Shown: positions 47,910 to 58,100, counted from the stretch's first letter. The stretch is 64,000 nucleotides of DNA from Candidatus Brennerbacteria bacterium (GCA_016183535.1 JACPEK010000002.1:1382-65381); one strand, 5' to 3'. Notes: generated by a model from the sequence alone, not told the origin. Translations and numbers: made by a program.

Positions 47910-49431
47910 AGTTTTTTAAACGCTTCTCCGCAATGGCGAAGTATTTTTTCTCTATTTCAAAACCGATGAATTTCCTATTTTTTCTCAAGGCGGCGACTCC
48001 TGTAGTGCCGCTTCCCATGAAGGGGTCGAAAACCGTTTGTTTCGGGGAGGTGAATATCTCAATCAGCCGCTCCATAAGGTCTATCGGTTTTATAGTCATG
48101 TGGTCAATGAGTTTTCTTGAGTTCGGTTTTTTATAGTTCAGCACGGTCGTTTGTTGCGATTCGGGAAAATCCGTTTGGATAAGTCCCGTGCGCCATGTGA
48201 GCCAGTTTTCGACGAATGTCCCTTCTTTCGGCTTGTGCGCGAGCAGAATCGCCTCGAATTTCGGTCGTAGTTGAGGGGTTTTTCTGTTTTCAAGGCTCTT
48301 GATAATCTGCTCTTTTTCGTGCGCGGGGATCTTCATCTTTTTCACGAAGTGGTTTTGAGTGAACGCTTTTCCTTGCCCGCCGTTATGCTCCCATATCAGC
48401 ATATCCCGTATTTCAAAACCGGCGTTTTCGGCCGCGAGCGCGAGACGGTGGAAGAGTCTTCCCTGCGAAAATGAGATCATAAATCCTCCGGGCTTGAGCA
48501 CTCGTAACGCTTCGTGGAAAACTTTGGTGAAAAATTTTTCGAGCTTTTTTCCTTGTTCAGGATCGAATTTCATGCCTACCGGGAGGCCTTGTATCGCTCC
48601 GGCCCTTGCCGATTTTTGTTTCAGTTTGGCATCCGACCACTCGTTGTCCATCCCATCAAGAAAATAAGGGGGATCGGTGGCGATAAAATCTACGCTGTTC
48701 GTGTCAATACTTTTGAATGCGTCCAAGCAGTCAGCGAGATAAATTGAGACGTTACGCCAAGTTTTTTTATCAACGATCTTTTTCCCGCTCGTTTTCTCGG
48801 CGACGCGTTCCGGTGTTATTGCGGGCGCGGATTTTTTGTTTCGGATAACGTCGACAAAAACACCTTGGATTGCAAAGTCCTTTTTTCCCCACTTGACGAT
48901 GATCGGCTCGAAGTTTTTGTTCGCGGGCTGAAGGCGAATTTGGTTCCTCTCCTTGTAGTAAGTTTTCAAAGTAGTGTCATAGTTATCGATGAGCGCGACC
49001 ACCTTCTGCCCGTTCTCCGCGACCGATTGATGGCGAACCAATATGATGTCGCTGTCATTGATATTTTCTTCGACCATACTCTCGCCTTGCACGCGCAACG
49101 CGTACACGTTGCCCGCATTCGGAATCCGGTTCGCGGGGACGGCGATCGTTTCGGTGGGTGTATCGAAGAGCGTGAGCGGTTGTCCGGCAACGATGGTGCC
49201 GAGTAGGGGAATTTGAACCATGGAGGTTGCTTCAAATATCTGCACCCCTCTTCGTTGGTTTTTGTTCAGCTGAAGGTATCCCGCGTCCTCCAAATTTTGG
49301 AGATGTTCATGCACAGTGCCGACCGCTCGCTTGAGGCCGGCGGCTATCTCGGGGATGGAAGGGGAGTATCCGCGCCTCCGCGCGTATTTAGTAACAAAGT
49401 CGAGCACCTCTTTTTTCTTATCGGTGAGCAT
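47893..49431 (-). CDS. LexA repressor fused to a beta-class N6A/N4C DNA methyltransferase
   Basis: GYSPSIPEIA wHTH, AG cleavage site (GTIVAGQP), GESM serine and TLK lysine; then TDPPY, HMTIKP and DPFMGSGTT. Confidence 0.88.
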   Translation of the reverse strand: MLTDKKKEVLDFVTKYARRRGYSPSIPEIAAGLKRAVGTVHEHLQNLEDAGYLQLNKNQRRGVQIFEATSMVQIPLLGTIVAGQPLTLFDTPTETIAVPANRIPNAGNVYALRVQGESMVEENINDSDIILVRHQSVAENGQKVVALIDNYDTTLKTYYKERNQIRLQPANKNFEPIIVKWGKKDFAIQGVFVDVIRNKKSAPAITPERVAEKTSGKKIVDKKTWRNVSIYLADCLDAFKSIDTNSVDFIATDPPYFLDGMDNEWSDAKLKQKSARAGAIQGLPVGMKFDPEQGKKLEKFFTKVFHEALRVLKPGGFMISFSQGRLFHRLALAAENAGFEIRDMLIWEHNGGQGKAFTQNHFVKKMKIPAHEKEQIIKSLENRKTPQLRPKFEAILLAHKPKEGTFVENWLTWRTGLIQTDFPESQQTTVLNYKKPNSRKLIDHMTIKPIDLMERLIEIFTSPKQTVFDPFMGSGTTGVAALRKNRKFIGFEIEKKYFAIAEKRLKNYEKTG

Positions 49432-49459
49432 AACTTTCGTCTTCTTTCAGTATGTTATA

Positions 49460-49493
49460 ATTCTACTAAACCGACCCGAAAGAAAACCGAAAG
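49460..49493 (-). promoter_or_regulatory. Candidate promoter and direct-repeat operator for the LexA-MTase gene
   Basis: Minus strand CTTTCGG-TTTT-CTTTCGG upstream of TAGAAT. Confidence 0.4.
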
Positions 49494-49537
49494 TCTGTGG
49501 ATAACTAAAAGGTCGTTTAGATTAAAGCATTATTAAC

Positions 49538-49660
49538 ATGGTTGAAGAAAATGATACCATTGGTGAACTTCGTCAGCAGTTCAATGAACTCGAAAAGCGA
49601 GTAGTAACTATTGAGGAAAAGTTGGCTGAATTAGAGAAGGAGGGACAATCTCAAAACTGA
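49538..49660 (+). CDS. Small coiled-coil protein (40 aa)
   Basis: MVEENDTIGELRQQFNELEKRVVTIEEKLAELEKEGQSQN; hairpin after the stop. Confidence 0.55.
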   Translation: MVEENDTIGELRQQFNELEKRVVTIEEKLAELEKEGQSQN

Positions 49661-49805
49661 TCACCTACGTTAAAACCTCGCCCCACGGCGAGGTTTCGGT
49701 TGAAATTTTTCCGAAAACGAGGTATAATCAGAAAAAAGTAGGGGATTCGCGTCCCAACCTGAAAGCCGTTTGACTTCCAAGCCGGGGCAGCCCGGAATTT
49801 GTTCT

Positions 49806-50078
49806 ATGTCACAAGGAATCGACCTGAAAACAGCTGCATATAGATACGCTAAGAATTCTATAAGAACGTTTGTGGAGGGAGGGAAATACGCCCGTGACAA
49901 AAAACCAAGGAGTATAGCTTGGTTGTTAGGAGTTGTTGGAGAATCTGGAGTCAGTAGGGATGATTTGGTGAGAATTTTTTCGGAGTTAAGCACTTACCCT
50001 ATGGACGCAGAAGGGAGAATTAGGTTTGAAGAGGGCAAACGAAAGATCGAAGAAATGATCGAAAGGCGAACTCGATGA
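49806..50078 (+). CDS. Hypothetical protein
   Basis: 90-aa lower-GC ORF, ATGA overlap with the next gene. Confidence 0.6.
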   Translation: MSQGIDLKTAAYRYAKNSIRTFVEGGKYARDKKPRSIAWLLGVVGESGVSRDDLVRIFSELSTYPMDAEGRIRFEEGKRKIEEMIERRTR

Positions 50079-50398
50079 ATTCGACAATCACAGTTTGTGA
50101 GAATTGCAAAAAGGAAACCGACCAGGTTATCCTCACCGCTTTTGTGGGTGACAAGAAGTTAATCGAACCTCTTGAAAGTGCGCCGTTTAGGTGTGGTCGT
50201 TGCAAGCGGTCTCTGGCACCGAATGAGAAGTTCTTTAGAGTTACTGCGACTATTTTATATGTTTGCAAAAATGGCCACACCGGTGATCATCCAGACGTTG
50301 AGGCTAAAATGGATGAGGATTCAAGAGAGTGGGAAGGGCATTTTGTGTGTGAAGAATGTGGAGAGGAAATGAAAATCGATGGAGAAAGAGTAGGGTAA
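50075..50398 (+). CDS. Hypothetical zinc-ribbon protein
   Basis: CENC, CGRC, CKNGH, CEEC. Confidence 0.65.
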   Translation: MNSTITVCENCKKETDQVILTAFVGDKKLIEPLESAPFRCGRCKRSLAPNEKFFRVTATILYVCKNGHTGDHPDVEAKMDEDSREWEGHFVCEECGEEMKIDGERVG

Positions 50399-50446
50399 GA
50401 AAAATTCATGCCCTCCCACGGCGCGATCATCGAAGAAAGCCCGTAG

Positions 50447-50510
50447 CCCTCATTCGCCAATTCGCGCGAATAAGCGAATAGTTCCCGCCGTCCAGTTTTG
50501 AGGTAGAATG
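50447..50510 (+). repeat. Hairpin-promoter repeat A, copy 1 (copy 2 at 54177-54239)
   Basis: Identical CCCTCATTCGCCAATTCGCGCGAAT, similar onward through TTCCCGC...GGTAGAATG. Confidence 0.85.
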
Positions 50511-50515
50511 TGGTC

Positions 50516-51100
50516 ATGCTGAAAGCCGTCATCTTTGATCTTAATGGAGTTTTCGTAAAAAGCCGTAAGTTGAGCGAACGCTTTCATGAGCGATTCGGCG
50601 TTGCACCCGAAGAATTCTTTTCCGCACTGAACGTCATTATGGCAAAAGTGCGCATGCCGAATGCCGGCGACTCCTTTGCATACTGGGAGCCGTATTTTGA
50701 GAAGTGGGGCGTGGGACTCACGAAGGAGGCATTCCTCGATTTTTGGTTTTCGGGCGAGGAGGAAGTGCCCGAGATGGTATCGCTCGCCCGCGAGCTAAAA
50801 GCAAAAGGAGTAAAGCTATTCATTCTTTCCAACAATTTTTCCGAGCGCACCGTGTTTTATCAGGAGCATTTTCCGTTCCTTCGGGAACTTTTTGATAAGG
50901 TGTATTACTCTTGGCAAACGGGCTTTCGGAAGGATAGCGAGAAGGCGTATCAGAATCTTCTCACGGAGAACAGCCTCGCGCCGGGGGACTGCGCGTTTTT
51001 TGATGATTCACCGGAGAATATTGAAATAGCCCGCCGCCTCGGCATCCAGGCGTACCCATTTGAAAACCCCGAGCGCACCCGCAGTATTTTAGTGAAATAA
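50516..51100 (+). CDS. HAD-family phosphatase
   Basis: FDLNGV, LSNN, FFDDSPENI. Confidence 0.9.
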   Translation: MLKAVIFDLNGVFVKSRKLSERFHERFGVAPEEFFSALNVIMAKVRMPNAGDSFAYWEPYFEKWGVGLTKEAFLDFWFSGEEEVPEMVSLARELKAKGVKLFILSNNFSERTVFYQEHFPFLRELFDKVYYSWQTGFRKDSEKAYQNLLTENSLAPGDCAFFDDSPENIEIARRLGIQAYPFENPERTRSILVK

Positions 51101-51221
51101 CCCATGTTCCACGGCGCCATCATTGAAGAAAGCTTGTGATTGGGATTGACAAATAGCACGGAAACGTGCTACTTTGTTTTCAGTTCTAATTCACTGTTTT
51201 CTCACTTCAACGGAGGTTGTG

Positions 51222-51557
51222 ATGACAACCAAAATAGTGACGGCATTAACACTTGGGTTCGTGGTCGGTGTCCTGGTCGGTGTTTTTCTCATCCAGAAAG
51301 ATCCGTCCGCTCAGGTGGGCACTCAAGAGGACGTGGCGATGCTCCGCTTCCTCGTGAACATGGAGAAGGGACAGGCAAAACCGTTCGATGATCTTGAACT
51401 GGGGACATACCGAATCGGTGCCCTCGTCGACGACTACACAATGGTGCTAATCCAGCCGGTCCCGAAAGGACACATCCCGATTCTGGTCCGGAACGTTCCT
51501 TTGCATGCCATTCGGAACGGTTTCGTTTACAAATATTATCCTTTTGAGCCCTCTTGA
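51222..51557 (+). CDS. Hypothetical membrane-anchored protein
   Basis: SD GGAGG, N-terminal TM, TTGACA upstream. Confidence 0.65.
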   Translation: MTTKIVTALTLGFVVGVLVGVFLIQKDPSAQVGTQEDVAMLRFLVNMEKGQAKPFDDLELGTYRIGALVDDYTMVLIQPVPKGHIPILVRNVPLHAIRNGFVYKYYPFEPS

Positions 51558-51570
51558 ATGGTTTATCGCG

Positions 51571-51608
51571 CGGGTGCTTCGATTAATCGAAGCACCCGTT
51601 TTTTGTTG
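51571..51608 (+). terminator. Terminator repeat C, copy 1
   Basis: CGGGTGCTTCGAT-TA-ATCGAAGCACCCG-TTTTTTGTTG. Confidence 0.85.
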
Positions 51609-51627
51609 TCCGGAGTATAATAGGTGT

Positions 51628-51819
51628 ATGTCACACCGAAGCTTTGCGCGCGCGGCGGGAGTGGTGTTTGCGTTCGTGTTCATCGTCCACCTTCTGCGGC
51701 TCGTGCTCGGTTGGGAGGCGGTGATCGGGGGGGTCGTGATACCCATGTGGGTGAGCGGGCTCGGGCTTATCATCGCCGGCATCCTTGGCTACTACGGTTT
51801 CCGTCATCAGCGGCAATAG
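51628..51819 (+). CDS. Small 2-TM protein
   Basis: VHLLRL...IPMWVS; TATAAT just upstream. Confidence 0.7.
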   Translation: MSHRSFARAAGVVFAFVFIVHLLRLVLGWEAVIGGVVIPMWVSGLGLIIAGILGYYGFRHQRQ

Positions 51820-51821
51820 GC

Positions 51822-52937
51822 ATGAACTATCAATTGACGGTGGAACGGCTCCTCGCGCGTGCGGGGATAACGATAAACGGCGATGAGCCATGGGACATTC
51901 GGGTTGCGAACGAAGGTTTCTACCGGCGGGTAATCCGTAAAGGATCGCTTGGTCTTGGCGAATCGTACATGGACGGTTGGTGGGATGCGCCGAAGCTCGA
52001 CGAATTTTTCTTTCGGGCGCTCCGCACAAATCTTAGGAAAGAAGTCGGTATTTCTTTCGCGCAATTCGTGCTGTTCCTGCGGAGCGTTATCCTGAACCCC
52101 CAGCGTCATTCGCGGGCGTTCATCATCGGCAAACGGCACTATGACCTCGGGAACGATTTCTATACCGCGATGCTTGACCAACGTATGGCATACAGCTGTG
52201 GATACTGGAACGGCGCGAAAAACTTAGACGAGGCACAGGAGGCGAAGTTGGACCTCATCTGTAGAAAGCTTGGGCTTCAGCCGGGGATGAACGTGTTAGA
52301 TATCGGATGCGGATGGGGAAGTTTCGTGAAATATGCGGCGGAGCATTATAACGTGAAAGTTCTCGGCATTACGGTTTCCAAGGAGCAAGCGGTGTACGGC
52401 GCGAATCTTTGCGAGGGACTTGCGGGTTCTACTGTCCGTTATGCAGACTACCGCACATTAAACCGCCAATTCGACCGCATTGTGTCGGTCGGGATGTTCG
52501 AGCATGTGGGGCGCAAGAACTACCACACCTTTATGGAAGTGGTGCACCGAAATCTTGCACCGGACGGGCTTGCACTTCTCCACACGATTGGCGGGAACGC
52601 CTCGGTCTGGTGCAACGATATATGGATCGACAGATATATTTTCCCGAACTCCATGCTACCATCAGTCGCACAGATCAGTCGCGCCATCGAGGGGCTCTTC
52701 GTGATGGAGGACTGGCATAGCTTCGGCGCCGATTACGACCGAACACTCATGGCGTGGTTTCAAAACTTCGACGCGCACTGGGGCCGACTCCAAACGAAAT
52801 ACGGCGATCGCTTCTACCGCATGTGGAAATACTACTTGCTTTCATGCGCCGGCTCGTTTCGGGCGCGGCGCAACCAGCTCTGGCAGGTGGTGCTTTCAAA
52901 GAAGGGCGTGCCGGGCGGATATCGCTCGGTACGATGA
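51822..52937 (+). CDS. cfa: Cyclopropane-fatty-acyl-phospholipid synthase
   Basis: GLGESYMDGWW, HYDLGND, YSCGYW, LDIGCGWG, SVGMFEHVG, YIFPN. Confidence 0.95.
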   Translation: MNYQLTVERLLARAGITINGDEPWDIRVANEGFYRRVIRKGSLGLGESYMDGWWDAPKLDEFFFRALRTNLRKEVGISFAQFVLFLRSVILNPQRHSRAFIIGKRHYDLGNDFYTAMLDQRMAYSCGYWNGAKNLDEAQEAKLDLICRKLGLQPGMNVLDIGCGWGSFVKYAAEHYNVKVLGITVSKEQAVYGANLCEGLAGSTVRYADYRTLNRQFDRIVSVGMFEHVGRKNYHTFMEVVHRNLAPDGLALLHTIGGNASVWCNDIWIDRYIFPNSMLPSVAQISRAIEGLFVMEDWHSFGADYDRTLMAWFQNFDAHWGRLQTKYGDRFYRMWKYYLLSCAGSFRARRNQLWQVVLSKKGVPGGYRSVR

Positions 52938-52943
52938 TATGAA

Positions 52944-52981
52944 CGGGCGCTTTGATTCATCGAAGCACCCGTTTTTTGTTG
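52944..52981 (+). terminator. Terminator repeat C, copy 2
   Basis: CGGGCGCTTTGAT-TC-ATCGAAGCACCCG-TTTTTTGTTG. Confidence 0.8.
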
Positions 52982-53001
52982 GGTTAGGGTAGAATGAAAG
53001 T

Positions 53002-53478
53002 ATGAATATTCGAAAGGGGATTGCGCTTGTGGTGGCGGTGGGGGCGTCGCTTCTCGCGGGCGCTATCGGTTCCATATTCACCGCATCCTCAGTCTCCTTG
53101 TGGTACCCGACACTCATGAAACCGGCGCTCAACCCTCCCTCGTGGGTTTTTGGCCCCGTGTGGACCGTGCTCTACGTGCTTATGGGTATTGCGGCGTTCC
53201 TCGTGTGGAGGCAAGGGTGGGAGCGGCGCGACGTAAAAGACGCGCTCAAGATATTTGCGCTCCAGCTCGTGCTGAATGCGCTTTGGTCCGTACTCTTCTT
53301 CGGGCTCCAAAGCCCGCTTCTCGCGCTCGTGGGCATCGTGCTCTTGTGGGGCGCAATACTCTGGGTTATATCTGCGTTCGCACGCATTTCACGCCCTGCG
53401 GCGTGGCTTTTGGTGCTCTACCTCGCGTGGGTTACCTTCGCGACATATCTCAATGCCGCCATCTGGCTCTTGAACTAG
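53002..53478 (+). CDS. tspO: TspO/MBR tryptophan-rich sensory protein
   Basis: WYPTLMKP...PPSWVFGPVWTVLY, LNALWS.LFFG. Confidence 0.93.
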   Translation: MNIRKGIALVVAVGASLLAGAIGSIFTASSVSLWYPTLMKPALNPPSWVFGPVWTVLYVLMGIAAFLVWRQGWERRDVKDALKIFALQLVLNALWSVLFFGLQSPLLALVGIVLLWGAILWVISAFARISRPAAWLLVLYLAWVTFATYLNAAIWLLN

Positions 53479-53559
53479 GTGCTCGGAGTTTTTGCCGGTT
53501 AATTGACGATGTCTTGCGTTCGGGCGTAGGGTTTCGTTGTGTTGGGGTAGAATGAAGAT

Positions 53560-53652
53560 ATGAACACGAGCCTCGCAACGACAAAGGCTTATGACAAGAT
53601 CGCGCCGCGCTACAATCCGGCCGGTCGCCGGAAAAGCGCGGCAACGGTCTGA
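53560..53652 (+). pseudogene. Truncated gene start D, copy 1 (possibly SAM methyltransferase N-terminus)
   Basis: MNTSLATTKAYDKIAPRY; paralogous stub at 54245. Confidence 0.55.
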
Positions 53653-53804
53653 AATTGGTTCGGGAAGTGGTACTTGCTAATCCGATAGATTTATTTTTCG
53701 AGAGCGGTGACGCGGAAGTGCACCTCAAAGGCGACGATAAATATTTTCGGGTTACGCGCGGTCCCAATGTAGTTCGGGGTTGTATGGCAAAAATTAATTT
53801 TTAG
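53616..53804 (+). pseudogene. 3' remnant of a GHKL-type ATPase gene
   Basis: Startless frame SGRSPEKRGNGLKLVRE...FFESGDA...RGCMAKINF ending just before a STAS-like gene. Confidence 0.5.
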
Positions 53805-53814
53805 CTAATACAAT

Positions 53815-54108
53815 ATGAAAATACCATTAGAAAAATTCGGCACCACTCTTATCTCACGCGAACTGGGTAGCGAGGCGTTCAAGGCGTTTCAGCCCACCTT
53901 GTTGGAACTGCCGCCCCATGAAGAGTTGGAAATCGATTTTTCCGGAATATTAACGTTGTCACCTTCGTGGGCGGATGAATTTTTAAGCCCTCTCCTTGAG
54001 CGATTCGGTGAACGGCTGGTGTTGTTGCCTTCCGACAATCTCTCGGTGCACGCAACTTTGAAAATTCTGCAAGAGGCGAATAAACGCCCGTTCAAATTTA
54101 GGCAGTGA
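53815..54108 (+). CDS. STAS-like (DUF4325-type) protein
   Basis: LISRELG, IDFSGI..LSPSWADEF. Confidence 0.8.
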   Translation: MKIPLEKFGTTLISRELGSEAFKAFQPTLLELPPHEELEIDFSGILTLSPSWADEFLSPLLERFGERLVLLPSDNLSVHATLKILQEANKRPFKFRQ

Positions 54109-54176
54109 GCCTCTCGGTCACTTCGCACCCTCGCCTTGCTTGCTTCGGAGCAACGGGGGAGTGTAGCACCGTTAAT

Positions 54177-54239
54177 CCCTCATTCGCCAATTCGCGCGAA
54201 TTGGTGAATGATTCCCGCTGTGCGTTTTAGGGTAGAATG
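54177..54239 (+). repeat. Hairpin-promoter repeat A, copy 2
   Basis: Matches 50447-50510. Confidence 0.85.
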
Positions 54240-54244
54240 GAGAT

Positions 54245-54370
54245 ATGAACACGAACCTTGCGACGACAAAGGCGTACGATAAGATGGCACCGCACTACAG
54301 TAAGATTCATTTTGATCCGAATGAGCAGAGGATGATTCGCCGATCAGTTGAAGCATCGGGCGTTCTATAA
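54245..54370 (+). pseudogene. Truncated gene start D, copy 2
   Basis: MNTNLATTKAYDKMAPHYSKIHFDP... then early stop. Confidence 0.55.
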
Positions 54371-54586
54371 GGCGTCTTACCGAGCTTTTTGTGAGACAAA
54401 TTGCGGCCTTTTGTGGTTGTCCACAGGCAGAGACGACAGTGGGGAGTAAGATAAAAGAGAAGTAATAAAGAACAGCTCGGCGTTTCGAGAGTACACATAG
54501 TGTGAGACCACGCGGTCTTGTGTGTTCTCGAAACGCCGTTTTTGTTTGCGCGCGAAGCGCAAAAAGGTCAGTTAATCTCAAAAATT

Positions 54587-55180
54587 ATGGATGAACAAAA
54601 TCAAAATCAATTTGGCGCAGGTCCGGCGAATGTTCCGCCTGTGGTGAGCCAGCCCGCAGTGAACCGATCGAATCTGCCGAACCCACCCGTGACAGAACCC
54701 TCAAATCCACGGAAATCGAAGTTCTGGAAATTCGTGGCGTGGTTTGTTGCGATTGTGATCGTGGCGGCTGCAGGACTGTGGGCGATTGGGGATTATCAGT
54801 ATTCGGAGGGTATTAAAGCTTTTGAGAAATGGGCGGAGGATACAAAGCGCGCGACGGAAGAGTTTGAGGCGAGAAAGGCGGCGGACACCTTCGGCGGCGC
54901 GACGCCGCAGGAAACGCTCCGTGTGTACATTGAAGCGGTTGAGAAAGGTGATTACGAATTGGCGAGTAAGTATTTTGTATTTGATCGCCAGGAGAAGGAA
55001 TTAAGAAGTCTCACTAATTCGCCACCAGATAATGTCGTAAACGTAACGCGACTTCTAAGGGAGGCACTGAATAATGAGGGAAGTTATTCGGCTGACAGAA
55101 AAGAATTCGCAATTAGAAGACCAATCCTCGTGGACTTTATTCTCTATCCTAGCGGCCTTTGGAAAATTGTAGAGATCTAA
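54587..55180 (+). CDS. Hypothetical single-TM protein
   Basis: Pro-rich N-terminus, TM, DTFGGATPQETL...GDYELASKYF. Confidence 0.75.
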   Translation: MDEQNQNQFGAGPANVPPVVSQPAVNRSNLPNPPVTEPSNPRKSKFWKFVAWFVAIVIVAAAGLWAIGDYQYSEGIKAFEKWAEDTKRATEEFEARKAADTFGGATPQETLRVYIEAVEKGDYELASKYFVFDRQEKELRSLTNSPPDNVVNVTRLLREALNNEGSYSADRKEFAIRRPILVDFILYPSGLWKIVEI

Positions 55181-55190
55181 AAAATTCGCG

Positions 55191-58100
55191 ATGCGTAGGG
55201 CCACCGTATCACTCATTGTACTTGCGGTTACGATAGGAATTGTTTTTCCTGCTCGGGCACTCGCGTACGATCAAGAAACTACTCACGCCGCACTCACGGA
55301 TGAGGCGGTGGATTTCTACAACCTTCTCTATCCGGACGAACCACTCACCGCCGAGCAAAAAGAATGGATTGTAGAGGGAAGCATCAACGAGGATGAATTT
55401 CCGCGGTGGCTGAACCACTTCTATGACCCGATAAGGAAAATTGGATGGAATGGTGAACATCAAGGGATCGCGAGCGCCGGGGCAACGCGCGCGGTAGCGT
55501 ATGCAACATTAGTGCCGATCGGCGGCGCAGTTCTCCCCACGACAGCGTGGGTGCACGATCACGCCATGCAAGCCGGCCCCTACGCGAATATGGGAGGCGA
55601 CCGCACGTGGGAGCAGGCGCTTAAATACTACGTGGATGGAAACAAGGAAGAAGCATACCGGACGCTCGGCCACGCCCTCCATCTTCTTCAAGACATGACG
55701 GTACCCGACCACAGCCGGAATGATTCGCATGCGCCGCTTGCCGGTGACGACGGATCGCCTCTTGAGGATTATCTGGAAAAATGGAATCGCGGGAATATCG
55801 GGGAGTTGGATTTGGTCGGTAATCTTACTGCACAAAATACGCGGCCGCCCTCGTTCAATAAAATCGAGGACTATTTTACAAACACGGCAGAGTACAGCAA
55901 TAAACATTTCTTCTCAAAGGACACTATAATTAGTGATGTATACACTTTTCCAGAAATAGTCAAGGATAATGGAAATTTTGGATATGGAATTGATGAGAAC
56001 GGAAATGAATTTCCACTTGCGGGTGTTGATTTTATAACCGATGAAAGTAAAAAAGTTTCGAAAATATTTTTAATTGGGAACAAAAAAGAGTACTACCCCA
56101 TCCTCAACGCATATTTCTCCCGCCTCGCGCCAAAAGCAGTGCTTTATGGCGCAGGTGTCATCGAACTGTTTGAAAAGCAGGCGCGCGACGCGCTTGAGTT
56201 CAAGGATATCGCTCCCCATGCTACGCGTTTGGATTTATCGCGCGTAACTTCACTCTTCTCATTTTCGCTTGGCGCATTGGGAAAAAATATTGTAACCGGT
56301 GTTGCTTCTTTACCCTCTTTGATTGGTCGAGTATTTTCTACCGCGGTGGGTGGCGTAAAAAACGCCGCGAGCGATGTGGCGGCGTTCACGCAGAATATTA
56401 TCTCGAAGATTCAGAATAATCCTAAGCGTGCCGCGGAGATCGCGACGGAAAGCGCGGAGCAAATAGAAAATCTCCTCGCGGGGGATCCGACGGACGGCGT
56501 CGTGATCGACACCGAGGAAGAACGGGCACAACTCAAGGAGCTCCAGAATCAACTCGACGATATCGCGGATCAAGTAGACGACTTCACGTATCAAGTGGAT
56601 AAGGCGGCGGGGAACGAGGGAAGGGGAGGAGCGCAGGAAACCGCTGGTGGCGCTGACGAAACGGAGGACGCGCAGAAGAAGACTGGTAGTGTGGACAAAA
56701 GCGTTGATACGAAAGAGAAAACGAATAACACGGGAAGTAAGAAAAATATTTCAAGTGGGGGAGGCGGTGGTGTGGCGGCGAGTGCACCGAATCTCGCGAT
56801 TACCGAGATTATGTATAACGCGTCCGGCACCGACGACGGGCGCGAATGGATTGAAGTGAGGAATGATGGGGCCTCCTCCGCAAGTTTTGATGACGTGCGG
56901 TTTCTTGAGGGTGGCACAAATCATCGGCTCGTGTTTGCGCGTGGCGCCGCGGCGCTCGCGGCGGGCGCCTATGCGATTATCACCGATGATGCTGATCGGT
57001 TTATCATTGATTATCCATCATTCGCGGGGAGTCTCTTCGATAGTTCGTTCTCCCTCTCGAACGACGGCGAGACGCTCGCGCTCACGTTCAATGGCAGTAC
57101 CTTTCATTCGGTTTCATACAGCTCGAGCACGGGCGCGCATGGCGACGGGAACTCTCTCCAATTGATCGGGGCGGCATGGCAAGCGGCGACACCGACGCCG
57201 GGTGTGGTGAATGTCGCGGGGTCATCCGGCGGCGGATCTTCAGGTGAGGGTTCTTTAAGCGCCACTTCGACCGCAACCTCCTCGCCGCCCACGTCAGGGT
57301 TCGGCGCCTCCCACGTGGTGATAAGTGAGGTACAGGTGGCGGGCGCGGATGCGGGCGACGAGTTTATCGAACTTTACAATCCGACGGATCAGGCGGTGGA
57401 TATGTCAGGCTGGTCGCTCCAGTACGCGGGCGGCAACACCGTCGTTACGTCTTCCACAGTAAGCAAGAAGAATTTTCTCGCGACGAGTTCCATTGTGGCG
57501 AAAAGCTTTTACCTTGTGGGGCGCGGACTCGACGAAGCAGGCGGAGACGGCTATCGCGGGAGCGTCGTATCTGATATGGCCCACCGCACGTTTTCGCTTT
57601 CGGGCGCCTCGGCGGGTGCCAAGCTTTTCCTTGTGCCAAGCTCTACATTAATAGAAAGCGAAACCGATCCGATTATTCTCGACACGCTCGATTACACCTC
57701 GACCACCGTGGTGGACGCGGGTCAAAGTTTCGAGCGGCGCGCGTGGAGCAATAATCTTTGCCACTCGGCGATCGCGGGCGGCACGGGAGAATTTCTAGGG
57801 AACGGGTGCGATACTGGTACCTTTGCGGAAGACTTTGAGATACGGGCGGCGGCGAATCCACAAAACAGCGGGAGCTTCAAAGAACCACGCACGGCGCCCT
57901 CGGTGCTCCAGGCCCCGACGGGGACTACGGCACTCGCCGTCTATAACCGCAATGCGATCGCCATCAACTTTGCATGGCAAGCCTCAAGTGATTTCGAGGG
58001 TGCAACCTCCACCGTTACCTACCGCGTTACGAATGCGTCAACCTCCGCGATTATTTTCAATACGACCTCAACATCGTTTTCGAAACAAATAACCGAGGTG

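Noticed and set aside
21023-49504. DnaA-box-like 9-mers near 21023, 44418 and 49496 as a replication origin
   Set aside because: Isolated single boxes with no cluster and no dnaA/dnaN in the window.
47196-54400. Prophage or IS in the accessory region
   Set aside because: No phage structural, integrase or transposase motifs seen.
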